DNA of 64,000 nt, taken from positions 96,001 through 160,000 of the forward strand of contig JAWODC010000001.1 of NCBI GenBank assembly GCA_046483495.1, in the 5' to 3' direction. Of the stretch, positions 38,094-48,312 are shown one piece after another (positions within the stretch are counted from its first letter, which is position 1; the number at the start of each line of letters is the position of its first letter). The DNA comes from Desulfobacterales bacterium (lineage in GTDB: Bacteria; Desulfobacterota; Desulfobacteria; Desulfobacterales; UBA5616). The position numbers were made by a program, and so were the translations under genes. The notes under the pieces were generated by a model, which was not told the origin of the DNA, did no database searches, and worked only from the letters and a program-made list of their open reading frames with translations.

Positions 38094-39056
38094 CTACCCG
38101 GTGACGGCCTTTACCGCCGCAGCGATCTGGTCCTGCTGCGGAAGCACAAACTGCTCCATGGCGCCGGGCGGAATGGGGTAGTTTTTGGCAGCCACACGCT
38201 GAACCGGCGCATCCAGGTAGTCAAATGCCTTCTCCACGATCTGCATGGCGATTTCTCCTGCGGCACCGCACCTCGAGGTGTCTTCATCGACAACAATCGC
38301 CCGTCCTGTTTTTATGACGGACGCGATGATCGTGTCGATATCCAGCGGCTCAAGAGAGCGTGGATCGATGACTTCGATGCTGACATCGTCCTTCATCTTT
38401 TCGGCGACCGAGAGGGCGAAATGCACTTGCATGCCTGTTGCCACCATGGTGACATCCGTGCCTTCCCGCTTGATATCGGCTTTGCCAAGCGGGACGACAT
38501 ATTCTTCTTCCGGAATTTCACCGGAAGTCCCCAACAGGGCCTTGTGATACAGGTATACCACGGCATTATTGTCCCGAATGGCGGATTTCATCAGTCCCTT
38601 GGCATCGTAAGGCGTGGACGGCACCGCGATTTTAATCCCGGGCGTATGCATGTAATAAGAAACCGGCGCCTGTGAATGCTCGGCACCGAGCCCGAGGTAT
38701 CCACCCATAGCCGCCATGAAAACCACCGGTATTTTCTGGGTTCCTTCATGCATGAACCGCCATTTTGCCGCCTTGCAAAGAATTTCGTCAAAGGCGATAT
38801 ACATAAAATCGGCGAACATAAAATCGGCCACCGGCCGATATCCGGTCATGGCCGAACCTACCGCAGCGCCGGCAATGGCTGTTTCCGAGATGGGCGTATC
38901 CATGATCCGGTCCGCCCCGAACCGCTGCACCAGTCCGGCGGTGGTCCCGAACGCTCCCTGTTGAATACTTTCACCCAAGATAAATACCTTCTCATCACGC
39001 TCCAGTTCTTCGGCCAAAGCTTCGTTGACGGCCTGAACATATGTAATCTGTTTCAT
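38094..39056 (-). CDS. TPP-dependent dehydrogenase E1 beta subunit (AcoB/PdhB-like), copy 1
   Basis: DTPISE, MFADF, GAEHSQ, PSTPYDAKGL, VIDPRSLEPLD, FDYLDAP. Confidence 0.93.
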   Translation of the reverse strand: MKQITYVQAVNEALAEELERDEKVFILGESIQQGAFGTTAGLVQRFGADRIMDTPISETAIAGAAVGSAMTGYRPVADFMFADFMYIAFDEILCKAAKWRFMHEGTQKIPVVFMAAMGGYLGLGAEHSQAPVSYYMHTPGIKIAVPSTPYDAKGLMKSAIRDNNAVVYLYHKALLGTSGEIPEEEYVVPLGKADIKREGTDVTMVATGMQVHFALSVAEKMKDDVSIEVIDPRSLEPLDIDTIIASVIKTGRAIVVDEDTSRCGAAGEIAMQIVEKAFDYLDAPVQRVAAKNYPIPPGAMEQFVLPQQDQIAAAVKAVTG

Positions 39057-39070
39057 CGTTATTCCCCCTG

Positions 39071-40045
39071 TTATTCGGCATAGAGAAAATCATCCAGTAT
39101 CGATGCATCTTTTGGAAGCATTTGCGGACATTGGGACTGGAATGCATCCAGCCGGGCGACTTCGTCGTCGGCTTCCCGGTCGATCTCGTCAATCGCTTCT
39201 TCCGTCATGATCCCCTGTTTTATCAGCTTTTCTTTGAAGATGATGATCGGATCTCGTTTGCGCCAATCGGATTTATCTTCATCGGTTCTGGGTTTTGTGT
39301 GATCGACGTCCGGAACGCCCTCGGCATGGGCCCGCATGCGATAGGTTTTGCATTCGATCAAAGACGGGCCGTCCCCCGCTCTGGCACGGTCCACCGCAGC
39401 TTCGACGGCTTCATGAACGGCAAGCACATCCTGGCCGTCGACCACAATACTCGGCATGCTGTAGGCGGCGGCCAGGTCCGCAATATCCTCGCGGGCGAAT
39501 GCATCGCGGATGGGCACAAACTGGCCGAACTGGTTGTTTTCGCAAATCCACACGATGGGGAGTTTCCAAACTGCCGCCAGATTCATGGACTCGTGAAGAG
39601 TCCCCCTTCCGGAGGCACCATCACCGAAAAAGCTGAGCACGGCCTGGCCTTTCTTGTTTTTCTGCGCCGTCAACCCCCATCCCAGGGAGAGAACGAAACC
39701 GCCGCCGATGGTTCCGCTGATTCCGAAAATGCCGCGTTCTTCAGCTGTCGGCCCCTCGATTTCTCCTGGATCCTTATCGAAGTGCCGGCACACCCATCCT
39801 TTCGGCGAAATGCCCCTGGCGAGATAAAAACTGATCGCATGCCCCCGATGATGGGGGTAAAGGTAGTCATCCTCTCTCATATTGAAGGTGCAGGCACCTA
39901 CGCCGACAGCCTCTTCGCCGACGCCCGCGTGATAAAATCCGGCCATTCGGCCGGAGTTGAGCGCCTCGACGAGGAGGGCATCCAATTTACGGGCACGGAC
40001 CATCAGGGAATAAAATGTAACCAATTGCTCTTTTTCCAATTTCAT
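39071..40045 (-). CDS. TPP-dependent dehydrogenase E1 alpha subunit (AcoA/PdhA-like), copy 1
   Basis: GEEA, HHRGH, GDG..ENN TPP motif, VDGQD, TYRMRAH, RDPI. Confidence 0.92.
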   Translation of the reverse strand: MKLEKEQLVTFYSLMVRARKLDALLVEALNSGRMAGFYHAGVGEEAVGVGACTFNMREDDYLYPHHRGHAISFYLARGISPKGWVCRHFDKDPGEIEGPTAEERGIFGISGTIGGGFVLSLGWGLTAQKNKKGQAVLSFFGDGASGRGTLHESMNLAAVWKLPIVWICENNQFGQFVPIRDAFAREDIADLAAAYSMPSIVVDGQDVLAVHEAVEAAVDRARAGDGPSLIECKTYRMRAHAEGVPDVDHTKPRTDEDKSDWRKRDPIIIFKEKLIKQGIMTEEAIDEIDREADDEVARLDAFQSQCPQMLPKDASILDDFLYAE

Positions 40046-40113
40046 GCTTCCCTCCTTTTTCGTGGGGTCTATCCAGGAGTGATCGATGCTTAAGCTTACA
40101 GCAGGAACAGGCC

Positions 40114-41076
40114 CTACTTCATAACACTCTCGATGGCTTCTTGAATATCTTTGGGTTGAGGCAGAACATAATCTTCGAGGAAACCGGCCGCAATCGGCAT
40201 ATCGGCTGCGGCTACCCGCACAATGGGTGCGTCCAGGTAGTCAAACGCATTTTCGAGGATCTGAGCGCTGATTTCCGAAGTAACGCCGCAACGCTTGTTG
40301 TCCTCGTCGACGATCACGCACCTGCCGGTTTTCTTGACCGATTCGATTATGGTGTCGATATCGAGAGGCTCCAGGGTTCTGGGATCCACCACTTCCACAC
40401 TGATCGTGTCTTTGATTTTCTCGGCCGTTTCAAGGGCTAAGTGGACCATCCTGGAAATCGCCACCACGGTGACGTCGGTTCCTTCACGTTTGATATCCGC
40501 CTGCCCGAATGGAATCAGATATTCCTCCTCCGGTATTTCGCCGGGCAACCCGAGCAATCCCTTGTTGTAGAAAAAAATCACGGGATTGTTGTCGCGAATG
40601 GCGGTTTTCAGAAGCCCCTTGGCATCATACGGCGTGGACGGAACGGCGAGCTTAAGTCCCGGTGTATGCATGACCAGGGCTTCCGGGCACATGGAGTGTT
40701 CGGCACCGATTTTCATGCCCCCGCCCATGGCCGCCATGATCACTACCGGGACCTTTACTTTTCCGCCGTGCATGAAATGCCATTTCGCGGCTTTGAGCAG
40801 TATTTCATCTCCTGCGATATACATAAAATCGGCGAACATCATATCCGCTACCGGTCTATATCCCGCCATTGCGGACCCGATTGCGGCTCCGGCGACCGCC
40901 GTTTCAGCCAGCGGCGTATCCATGACGCGCTCCGCGCCGAACTCCTGTACAAGTCCGCTGGTGGTTCCAAATGTCCCCTGCTGAACATTTTCCCCGATGA
41001 TGAACACCGTTTCATCCCGACGCATTTCTTCACGCAGCGCCTCGTTTATCGCCATAAGGTATATTGTCTGTTTCAT
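40114..41076 (-). CDS. TPP-dependent dehydrogenase E1 beta subunit, copy 2
   Basis: DTPLAE, MFADF, GAEHSM, PSTPYDAKGL, FDYLDAP; start MKQTI at 41076. Confidence 0.93.
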   Translation of the reverse strand: MKQTIYLMAINEALREEMRRDETVFIIGENVQQGTFGTTSGLVQEFGAERVMDTPLAETAVAGAAIGSAMAGYRPVADMMFADFMYIAGDEILLKAAKWHFMHGGKVKVPVVIMAAMGGGMKIGAEHSMCPEALVMHTPGLKLAVPSTPYDAKGLLKTAIRDNNPVIFFYNKGLLGLPGEIPEEEYLIPFGQADIKREGTDVTVVAISRMVHLALETAEKIKDTISVEVVDPRTLEPLDIDTIIESVKKTGRCVIVDEDNKRCGVTSEISAQILENAFDYLDAPIVRVAAADMPIAAGFLEDYVLPQPKDIQEAIESVMK

Positions 41077-41279
41077 ATGTCGGAGACCTCCTAAGTTGGC
41101 GCCCACCCGAAAAACGGACGGCTCATCCCGTTGTTCGGCCGGACATAAGTTGTTTTACCCGGCAACCGTTGGGGGCATCGATCCCTGCAGGTGAAAATTC
41201 AATTCGCCTTGAATCGGATCGATCTGCTTCCGGTTAATCTCGTTTCGTGGACGTATGACTTTCATCGAATGGCACGCGC

Positions 41280-42257
41280 CTATTCGGCATATACCAGTTT
41301 TTTGAGAATATCGGCGTCCGGAATGGGGCTGTCAATGCAGAATTTCTCCGTCAGGTCCGCCTCTTCGGCCGCTTCTTTATCGATTTTATTCACCATCTCC
41401 TTCTTCAGCACGCCCTGTTTCAGCAGTTTAGCCTTGAACGACTCGATGGGGTCCCGTTTTTTCAATTCAGCGATCTCCTCCTCGGAACGAGCTTCGGTAT
41501 GAGATACATCCGGGCTTCCTTCGGAATGGGAGCGGTAGCGCGCGGTTTTTGCCTCGATCAAGGATGGGCCGTCTCCTTTTCTGGCCCGCTCCACGGCCGC
41601 TTCAACGGCTTCATAAACGGCGATCACATCCATGCCGTCCACGACGATTCCGGGCATATTGTATCCGCCCGCCAAATCGGCGATATCCTCCTTGGGGAAG
41701 GTGTCCTTGATGGGCGTAAACTGGGCCATGCCGTTGTTGTCGCACAACCAAACGATGGGCAGTTTCCAGACGGCGGCCAGATTGAACGCCTCATGAAGGG
41801 TGCCTCGATTGGACCCGCCGTCACCAAAGCAGGCAAGCACCACCTGCTGTTTTCCAGCCTTTTTGGCGGCCAATCCCCACCCCAGAGACATGGGAAATTG
41901 TGAACCGATCGTACCCGCGGCGCCTAGAGCGCCGTATTCCGGCTCAGCAAAATGGAATCCTGAAATTCCAAAACAGGTACCGGTTGCCTTTCCCCAGTGC
42001 TCGGCCAAAAAACCTTTCCCATCCAGACCCTTGCCGATGAGATAGCCGATGCCGTGCCCCCGATGATGGCCCCAGAGGTAATCATCTTTTCGAAGCGGTG
42101 CCGTAGCCCCCACGGCCAAGGCTTCCGATCCCTGCCCGCTGTGGTAAAACGAGAGAACCTTCCCCTCCTGAAGACCCCTGATGGTCAGCTCATCGAGTTT
42201 GCGGGTCCGAACCATGTTCCGATATAACCGGATCAAATCGTCCTTTCCAAGTTTCAT
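41280..42257 (-). CDS. TPP-dependent dehydrogenase E1 alpha subunit, copy 2
   Basis: HHRGH, GDG..DNN, VDGMD, RYRSHSE, RDPI; start MKLGK at 42257 with RBS AGGAGG. Confidence 0.92.
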   Translation of the reverse strand: MKLGKDDLIRLYRNMVRTRKLDELTIRGLQEGKVLSFYHSGQGSEALAVGATAPLRKDDYLWGHHRGHGIGYLIGKGLDGKGFLAEHWGKATGTCFGISGFHFAEPEYGALGAAGTIGSQFPMSLGWGLAAKKAGKQQVVLACFGDGGSNRGTLHEAFNLAAVWKLPIVWLCDNNGMAQFTPIKDTFPKEDIADLAGGYNMPGIVVDGMDVIAVYEAVEAAVERARKGDGPSLIEAKTARYRSHSEGSPDVSHTEARSEEEIAELKKRDPIESFKAKLLKQGVLKKEMVNKIDKEAAEEADLTEKFCIDSPIPDADILKKLVYAE

Positions 42258-42442
42258 TACCTCGCCTCCTCTAAATGTATGAATGTTCTTATTTTCATGT
42301 TCATATAACGTACCCGTAAAACGGCACATTCACGCTTTTTTTTAATACGGCGGCAACGCCGATTCAAGGGATGACATGATTTACAACACCTTTCAATCCA
42401 ATCGATCTTATTAATTTGATACATATGATTCATTCAGTGTGT

Positions 42443-42483
42443 AAAAAGAACCCGCACGCGGCGTTTCGAAAGTGACGGGTTTT
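42443..42483 (-). terminator. Possible terminator downstream of lon-tsaB
   Basis: aacccg(cac)..(gtga)cgggtt inverted repeat flanked by A/T runs. Confidence 0.4.
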
Positions 42484-42689
42484 GCAAATGTCGTTTGGGC
42501 CCTTTACGGACGGCTACGAAAATGGCAGCAGGCACCTGAAGGGGTATCGGGCGGCGCACCGAATGAAAACCCGCATCGAAAAGATATTCCGGCACAGCGA
42601 CACTCCAGATGATGTATGCTGGGTTACTAGAAGTGCCGGATTAAGTCAACCAAGATAAATTGCGCCAATCCCCTAAAATCCAAAAGCCT

Positions 42690-42719
42690 ATAAGGAGCAC
42701 CCCTTGCGGGGCGCACCCC
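42690..42719. repeat. Degenerate REP-like unit
   Basis: taaggagcaccccttgcggggcgcacccc resembles the GTAGGGGC-type palindromes at 7561-7648. Confidence 0.35.
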
Positions 42720-42730
42720 GTCGGCATGGC

Positions 42731-43420
42731 CTACCCCCGACGGACGATCTTTAACACTGCGTCAGGCGGTCGCAAATACGTCGGACGTATTTCCGAAGCG
42801 CCAAGCGCGGTCGTGCTGCAAAATTTCATGTATCCTATCCTGCCGACCATTGACGACCGGACGGCATGATCATGCAGCGGAGGAAATACCGCCAGGCTCC
42901 CCGTGTGCCGAACAATTTCCGGTTCGTACAGTTTTGCACCGGAGCCGATGAACAGGCAGGGTTCGTCAATGACGTCAAGGACCTTTTTGATGGGGCCCAC
43001 CGTCTCATTCTCCATGCGGCACGGCCTATTATCCAGCCACCGGAAAAAACCGGAAAAAACTTCATTTTTCCGCGCGTCCAGCATCGCACAAACAGGCCCG
43101 GAAAACCCGCCCGCCTGGTATGCGAGCACCTCGAGGGTGGAAATGCCCACCACCGGCTTGCCGACGGCGGATGCCAATCCTTTGACAGCGGCGATTCCGA
43201 TACGAATCCCGGTAAAGGACCCGGGACCCTGCGTCACGGCAAACCCATCGATCGTCGACAGGTCCCATTTCACTGCTCTTAACAACGAGTCAATCGCCGG
43301 CATAATCGTTTTCGAATGGGTTTCATTCGTATCGCAGGATATCTCCGCCCGCACGGTTTCCCCTTCCGATATGCAGACATTCAACCGCTTTGTCGAGGTG
43401 TCCACCGCCAGTATTTTCAC
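42731..43420 (-). CDS. tsaB: tRNA threonylcarbamoyladenosine biosynthesis protein TsaB
   Basis: ILAVDTST, HS, GPGSFTGIRIG, DARKNEV, PTYLR. Confidence 0.96.
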   Translation of the reverse strand: MKILAVDTSTKRLNVCISEGETVRAEISCDTNETHSKTIMPAIDSLLRAVKWDLSTIDGFAVTQGPGSFTGIRIGIAAVKGLASAVGKPVVGISTLEVLAYQAGGFSGPVCAMLDARKNEVFSGFFRWLDNRPCRMENETVGPIKKVLDVIDEPCLFIGSGAKLYEPEIVRHTGSLAVFPPLHDHAVRSSMVGRIGYMKFCSTTALGASEIRPTYLRPPDAVLKIVRRG

Positions 43421-43425
43421 GTTGC

Positions 43426-45840
43426 CTAACCCGCCGCCACGGCAGATTTCGCCGTTTTCTTGAGTGGTGATTTGATGAGGGAAGCGTTGAGCACTTCATC
43501 CATGTTCGACACACGTATATAGGTGATCTTCCGCTTTATGATCGGAGGAATTTCATCGAGATCCCGCTTGTTCCGCTCCGGGATGATGATCTTGCGTATT
43601 CCCGCCCGGAGTGCGCCGAGTGATTTTTCCTTGAGTCCGCCGACAGGCAGAACCCGTCCTCTCAATGAAATTTCGCCGGTCATGGCCACATTCCGATCCA
43701 CCGCCTGGTTCGTCAAAGCGGATACGAGTGCCGTGGCCATCGCCACGCCGGCGGAAGGGCCGTCCTTTGGAATGGCACCGGCCGGTACATGAATGTGAAT
43801 GTCAAAATTATCCAATTTCTTAGGTTTCTTACTGTTTCGCTTTATCCATGATCGGGAATAGCTGACCGCGGCACGGGCGGATTCCTGCATTACCTCACCG
43901 AGTTGACCGGTGATGATCAAATCGCCCTTGCCGTCCAGAAGGGATACCTCAACGTAAAGCACTTCGCCGCCGGCCTGCGTCCAAGCCAGGCCTGTCGAAA
44001 TCCCGACCTGGCTTGTTTCCAAATCCATCTCCGGGATATACCGCGGAACGCCCAGGTACTGGTGCAGGTTTTGTCTGGAAACCTGGAAAGGAGGCTTTTC
44101 CTTCTCGGCCAGTTTCCGCGCCGCCTTCCGGCAAATCTTTCCGATTTCCCGTTCAAGGTTTCTCAACCCGGCCTCTGATGTATATTCCGTTATAATTTGA
44201 CGCATGGCGCCACGGCTGATGGATACCTGTTTCGGCTTCAATCCATTTTCCCGCACCTGACGCGGCAAAAGATGAGTATAGGCGATCGCCTCTTTTTCCT
44301 CTTCCGTGTAGCCTGAAAGGTTGATCACTTCCATGCGGTCGAGAAGAGCCGACGGTATGGTATCCGTGTAGTTGGCAGTCAGAATGAACATCACACTGGA
44401 CAGGTTGAAAGGGATGTTGAGGTAATGGTCACTGAAACTCGAATTCTGTTCCGGATCGAGAGCTTCCAGCAGGGCGGCCGATGGATCCCCTCTGAAATCG
44501 CTGCCGAGCTTGTCAATCTCATCCATCATGAATACCGGGTTATTGTATCCGCATTGTTTCAACCCCTGCAGAATCCGGCCCGGCATCGATCCGATGTAAG
44601 TTCGCCGGTGGCCTCTGATTTCACCTTCATCATGAATCCCGCCCAGTGAAATGCGTACGAATTTTCGTTTCGTTGCCTTGGCTATGGCATGCCCCAGCGA
44701 TGTCTTGCCGACACCCGGCGGACCCACAAAGCACAGAATGGGACCTTTCATTTTCGGGTTCAACTTTCGAACGCTCAAGTATTCCAGAATCCGCTCTTTT
44801 ATGGCATCGAGGCCGTAATGATTTTTGTCCAACACCTCTTTGGCCTTGTTGATATCGATGACATCCTTGGTTGATTTGCTCCAGGGAAGCTCGACGAGCC
44901 AGTCCAGGTAGCCGCGCACGACGGAAGCTTCAGCGGAATCAGGGTGCATGAGATCGAGCCGCTTCAACTGACGATGGGCTTCCTGAACGGCTTCTTCGGT
45001 CATTTTCGCACGCTTGATTTTCTTTCTGTATTCCTCGATTTCCAACAGCCGGTCATCACTCTCACCCAGTTCCTTGTGTATGGCCCGAACCTGCTCTCTT
45101 AAAAAATAGTCCCGCTGGTTTTTCGAAATTTCATCCCGCACATTCGACTGAATCCGAGCCTGCATGGATGAAAGCTCAACTTCCCGCGTCAACAGGTCGT
45201 TTACGATCTTCAGCCGCTCCACCGGATCGACAATTTCAAGCAGCTGCTGGGATTGGTCGATTTTGATTTTCAGATTCGAGGCCACCAGGTCGGCCAGTTT
45301 GCCGGGGCTGTCGATGCTGTCCAGAATACTGCCCACTTCTCCGGTCAATTCACCGCGGTATGCCAGAACTTTCTCCGAATTTTCACGGAGATTGCGCATC
45401 AGCGCTTCCATTTCCACGGTGATATCGTTCACGGACTGCTCTTCGAGGATTTCGACGTTTACCCGAAAATAGGGTCTTTTCCTCACATATTTCATGATCC
45501 TCGCCTTTACGACACCCTGCACCAGGGCCTTTACCCGGCCGTCCGGCAGCTTCAGCATCCGCAACAATCTGCCGATGGTTCCTACCGTATAGATCTCGGA
45601 TGACTTGGGATTCTCGATGTCCTGGTCTTTCTGGGTCGCCAGCATTAAATAGCTGTCTTTGGCCACCGCCTCCTCAACCGCCATTACGGATTTTTCGCGT
45701 CCTACAAAAAGCGGCAGGAGCATATCCGTAAAAATCACCACATCTCTCACCGGCATAAGCGGCAGCGTCGTGGGAAGCTTTTCGAGCATGTCGTTGTCTT
45801 CAATAATGCTGATCAGATCGTCTTTATCCGTTTCGGCCAT
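43426..45840 (-). CDS. lon: ATP-dependent protease La
   Basis: GPPGVGKTS, RGHRRTYIG, DEIDK, HIHVP..PKDGPSAG, GGLKEK. Confidence 0.98.
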   Translation of the reverse strand: MAETDKDDLISIIEDNDMLEKLPTTLPLMPVRDVVIFTDMLLPLFVGREKSVMAVEEAVAKDSYLMLATQKDQDIENPKSSEIYTVGTIGRLLRMLKLPDGRVKALVQGVVKARIMKYVRKRPYFRVNVEILEEQSVNDITVEMEALMRNLRENSEKVLAYRGELTGEVGSILDSIDSPGKLADLVASNLKIKIDQSQQLLEIVDPVERLKIVNDLLTREVELSSMQARIQSNVRDEISKNQRDYFLREQVRAIHKELGESDDRLLEIEEYRKKIKRAKMTEEAVQEAHRQLKRLDLMHPDSAEASVVRGYLDWLVELPWSKSTKDVIDINKAKEVLDKNHYGLDAIKERILEYLSVRKLNPKMKGPILCFVGPPGVGKTSLGHAIAKATKRKFVRISLGGIHDEGEIRGHRRTYIGSMPGRILQGLKQCGYNNPVFMMDEIDKLGSDFRGDPSAALLEALDPEQNSSFSDHYLNIPFNLSSVMFILTANYTDTIPSALLDRMEVINLSGYTEEEKEAIAYTHLLPRQVRENGLKPKQVSISRGAMRQIITEYTSEAGLRNLEREIGKICRKAARKLAEKEKPPFQVSRQNLHQYLGVPRYIPEMDLETSQVGISTGLAWTQAGGEVLYVEVSLLDGKGDLIITGQLGEVMQESARAAVSYSRSWIKRNSKKPKKLDNFDIHIHVPAGAIPKDGPSAGVAMATALVSALTNQAVDRNVAMTGEISLRGRVLPVGGLKEKSLGALRAGIRKIIIPERNKRDLDEIPPIIKRKITYIRVSNMDEVLNASLIKSPLKKTAKSAVAAG

Positions 45841-46282
45841 ATTAACTCCCTGAATGTAACTTTATCGAAAAAGCCGTGCGGCCTTTCGTTCTCATTAATG
45901 GTTTTGATTGCTTATTGCTTTAAATGTTCAGAGCCGATCATAAGGGCAAGAATCAATGCCGGATTCCGGTCAAGAGGTTTATCTTTCGGATTTTCAGACA
46001 TACTTGCGGAATTGTAATCGCTTGCAAATTTCAGGTCATTCTTATCCTTTCGACATTGCTGCAACCGGCTTTCAGGGTTCATGCCGCAGGTTTAATGTGC
46101 CGACGCTCTGACGTGCGACCGGAAACGAAAGCCGATATTAAAACCAAATAATAGAATTTATCATCCCTTTTGGCAACATCAATGTTGATTTTTGATATCA
46201 ATATTGATTTTTGTACAAAAACCTCATAAGTTTGCACCGGCTGATCGCCGAGTGCACATCACACAATCCATAAAATCAGGTA

Positions 46283-47062
46283 ATGTTGATGATGACAGAT
46301 CCTCTTTACATTCTTGCCGTATTCGTGTTCGGACTAATGATCGGAAGCTTCTTGAATGTCTGCATACACCGGCTTCCGGAATCGCTTTCCATCGTCTACC
46401 CGGGATCTCGATGCCTACGGTGCGGGCATTCAATCAAATTTTACGACAATATCCCCGTGCTGAGTTACCTTATCCTCAGGGGGAAATGCCGGAACTGCGC
46501 CAGCCCTATATCCATACGTTATCCCCTGGTCGAATTGATGAGCGCTCTGATCGCCGTGGCCGTTTTCCTGAAATACGGCCTTACGCTGGAAAGCCTGATA
46601 TACTATATCTGGATGGCCGCTCTGCTCGTGGTCACGTTTATCGATATCGACCATCAGATCATCCCCGATGTCATTACGCTTCCCGGTGTCGTCTTTTTCT
46701 TTTCGGCCTCATTTTTTCTTTCAGGTGTTACCTGGAAAGAATCGATACTGGGCATCCTTCTGGGGGGATGCAGTTTGTATGCCGTTGCATGGCTATACGA
46801 GCTCCTGATGAAAAAAGAAGGAATGGGTGGTGGTGACATCAAACTTTTGGCGATGATGGGAGCGGCCATCGGGTGGAAGGGAGTGCTGTTTACTATTTTT
46901 GCGTCGTCGCTGATCGGCTCCATTGTCGGCGTCATTATCATGGCGTTTTCGGAAAAAGACCTCAAGCTCGCCATTCCGTTCGGTCCGTTTTTATCCATCG
47001 GCGGGATCTTATTTGTATTTTTCGGTCATGAATTGGCGGCATGGTACTTGAACATGCTGTAA
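46283..47062 (+). CDS. pilD: Prepilin peptidase / N-methyltransferase
   Basis: GSFLNVCIHRLP, two CxxC pairs, RYPLVE, FIDID, GMGGGDIKL, IPFGPFL. Confidence 0.95.
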   Translation: MLMMTDPLYILAVFVFGLMIGSFLNVCIHRLPESLSIVYPGSRCLRCGHSIKFYDNIPVLSYLILRGKCRNCASPISIRYPLVELMSALIAVAVFLKYGLTLESLIYYIWMAALLVVTFIDIDHQIIPDVITLPGVVFFFSASFFLSGVTWKESILGILLGGCSLYAVAWLYELLMKKEGMGGGDIKLLAMMGAAIGWKGVLFTIFASSLIGSIVGVIIMAFSEKDLKLAIPFGPFLSIGGILFVFFGHELAAWYLNML

Positions 47063-47084
47063 GCGGCGATTGACGGCAAGGCAA

Positions 47085-48227
47085 ATGGAAAAAACGTACC
47101 ACACCATCGTCATCGGGGCCGGGCCGGCCGGTTTGAACGCGGCCCGTTTCTTGAAGCAAAAAACACTGGTATTGGACAAAAAATCCTCGGTCGGACATCC
47201 GGTTCAGTGCGGTGAAGGGGTATCGATTTCGGCATTGTCCCGGGAGGGCCTTGAACCGAATGACCGATGGAAGGCTTGCTGCATACGCCGGATCAAACGG
47301 ATCATGCCGAACGGAAAATATATCGGAGAGCGCCACGCGGATCCCTACGCGGTCGTTCTGCGAAGAGAGCGTTTCGAAGCGCATCTTGCCGGAATGGTTC
47401 CCTGGGAAATTCGAATGAACGCCCATGTTACGAATATCCAGCAGCGGGACGGGCTCTTTGTTGTTGAAACAGCAACAGGTGACCGCCTTTATGCCGAGCG
47501 GCTCATCGGTGCGGACGGCCCGAATTCGATCGTAGCCAAAAAGGTGTTTCAGTATCGTCCCGCGTGCGCGCCTGCCGTGAATTACGGGGTGAATTTCGCA
47601 TCTTCGATCCTATCGGATGAACTGCACATGTATTTTGGAAGCCATATCGCACCCTCCGGCTACGGCTGGCTTTTTCCCACCTCGTCTCACAGCGCCAACG
47701 TGGGTTTATTGATGAAGGAAAAAGGAAACCTCGGCAACCGTTTCACTTATTTCACGGATACCGTCATAAAACCCCTATTCGGGGATTTTCAACGGGTGAA
47801 AAACAAATCCGGGGTACTGCCGGTAAGCGGCTTCTACCAAAGCATTTCCAAGGGCGATGCGTTTCTTGCCGGCGACGCCGGTGCCTTTACGGATCCGATC
47901 TTCGAAGGCGGCATCAATATGGCCCTCTTGACCGGCCGACTGTGCGCGGAAGGCATCAACATGGATGATCCCGGTTACTACCAAAAATGCATCGACGACC
48001 TGCCGTTCTCCGGAAGCGATCTGGTGGACGCCCGGCGCATATTTTACGGATTTCCCGATGCGGTACTGAACGATCTCGGAGATGTCATCGACGGAAACAG
48101 CACCGCTTACCTCGAAACGGAGGCGGGCCGAAGGGCATTCTCGGCAAAGCCGAACCTGGTTTCCCGACAGGCGGAAATCGCTTCATTCGCACGCACCTGG
48201 CGGATGGCTAAACCTTATATCTGGTAG
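47085..48227 (+). CDS. Geranylgeranyl-reductase-family FAD-dependent oxidoreductase
   Basis: GAGPAG, PVQCGEG, GADG, GYGWLFP, GDAG..DP..EGGI. Confidence 0.85.
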   Translation: MEKTYHTIVIGAGPAGLNAARFLKQKTLVLDKKSSVGHPVQCGEGVSISALSREGLEPNDRWKACCIRRIKRIMPNGKYIGERHADPYAVVLRRERFEAHLAGMVPWEIRMNAHVTNIQQRDGLFVVETATGDRLYAERLIGADGPNSIVAKKVFQYRPACAPAVNYGVNFASSILSDELHMYFGSHIAPSGYGWLFPTSSHSANVGLLMKEKGNLGNRFTYFTDTVIKPLFGDFQRVKNKSGVLPVSGFYQSISKGDAFLAGDAGAFTDPIFEGGINMALLTGRLCAEGINMDDPGYYQKCIDDLPFSGSDLVDARRIFYGFPDAVLNDLGDVIDGNSTAYLETEAGRRAFSAKPNLVSRQAEIASFARTWRMAKPYIW

Positions 48228-48230
48228 GAT

Positions 48231-48312
48231 TGTTTGGATCGTTCGATCGTTGGGGTCGTTTGGATCGTTCGTGTGGAATGTTTACAACGGTCTTAACGCT
48301 CTAAACGGCTTG
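48231..48312. repeat. Short 8-9-nt repeat array with inverted halves between convergent genes
   Basis: tgtttggat cgttcgat cgttggggt cgtttggat cgttcg followed by aacggtctt aacgctcta aacggcttg. Confidence 0.5.

Noticed and set aside
39122..40093. 323-aa plus-strand ORF (and similar long antisense ORFs at 27720-28532, 31694-32584 and 59886-61031)
   Set aside because: Antisense shadows of well-supported genes, expected from codon bias
38094..41076. Nucleotide similarity between the two E1 beta genes as a repeat element or assembly artefact
   Set aside because: The proteins are clearly diverged paralogues, each with an intact ORF
42425..42438. TCATTCAGT half-site shared with 12412-12420 as a common operator
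   Set aside because: Only a 9-nt match without a convincing second half-site; could be chance
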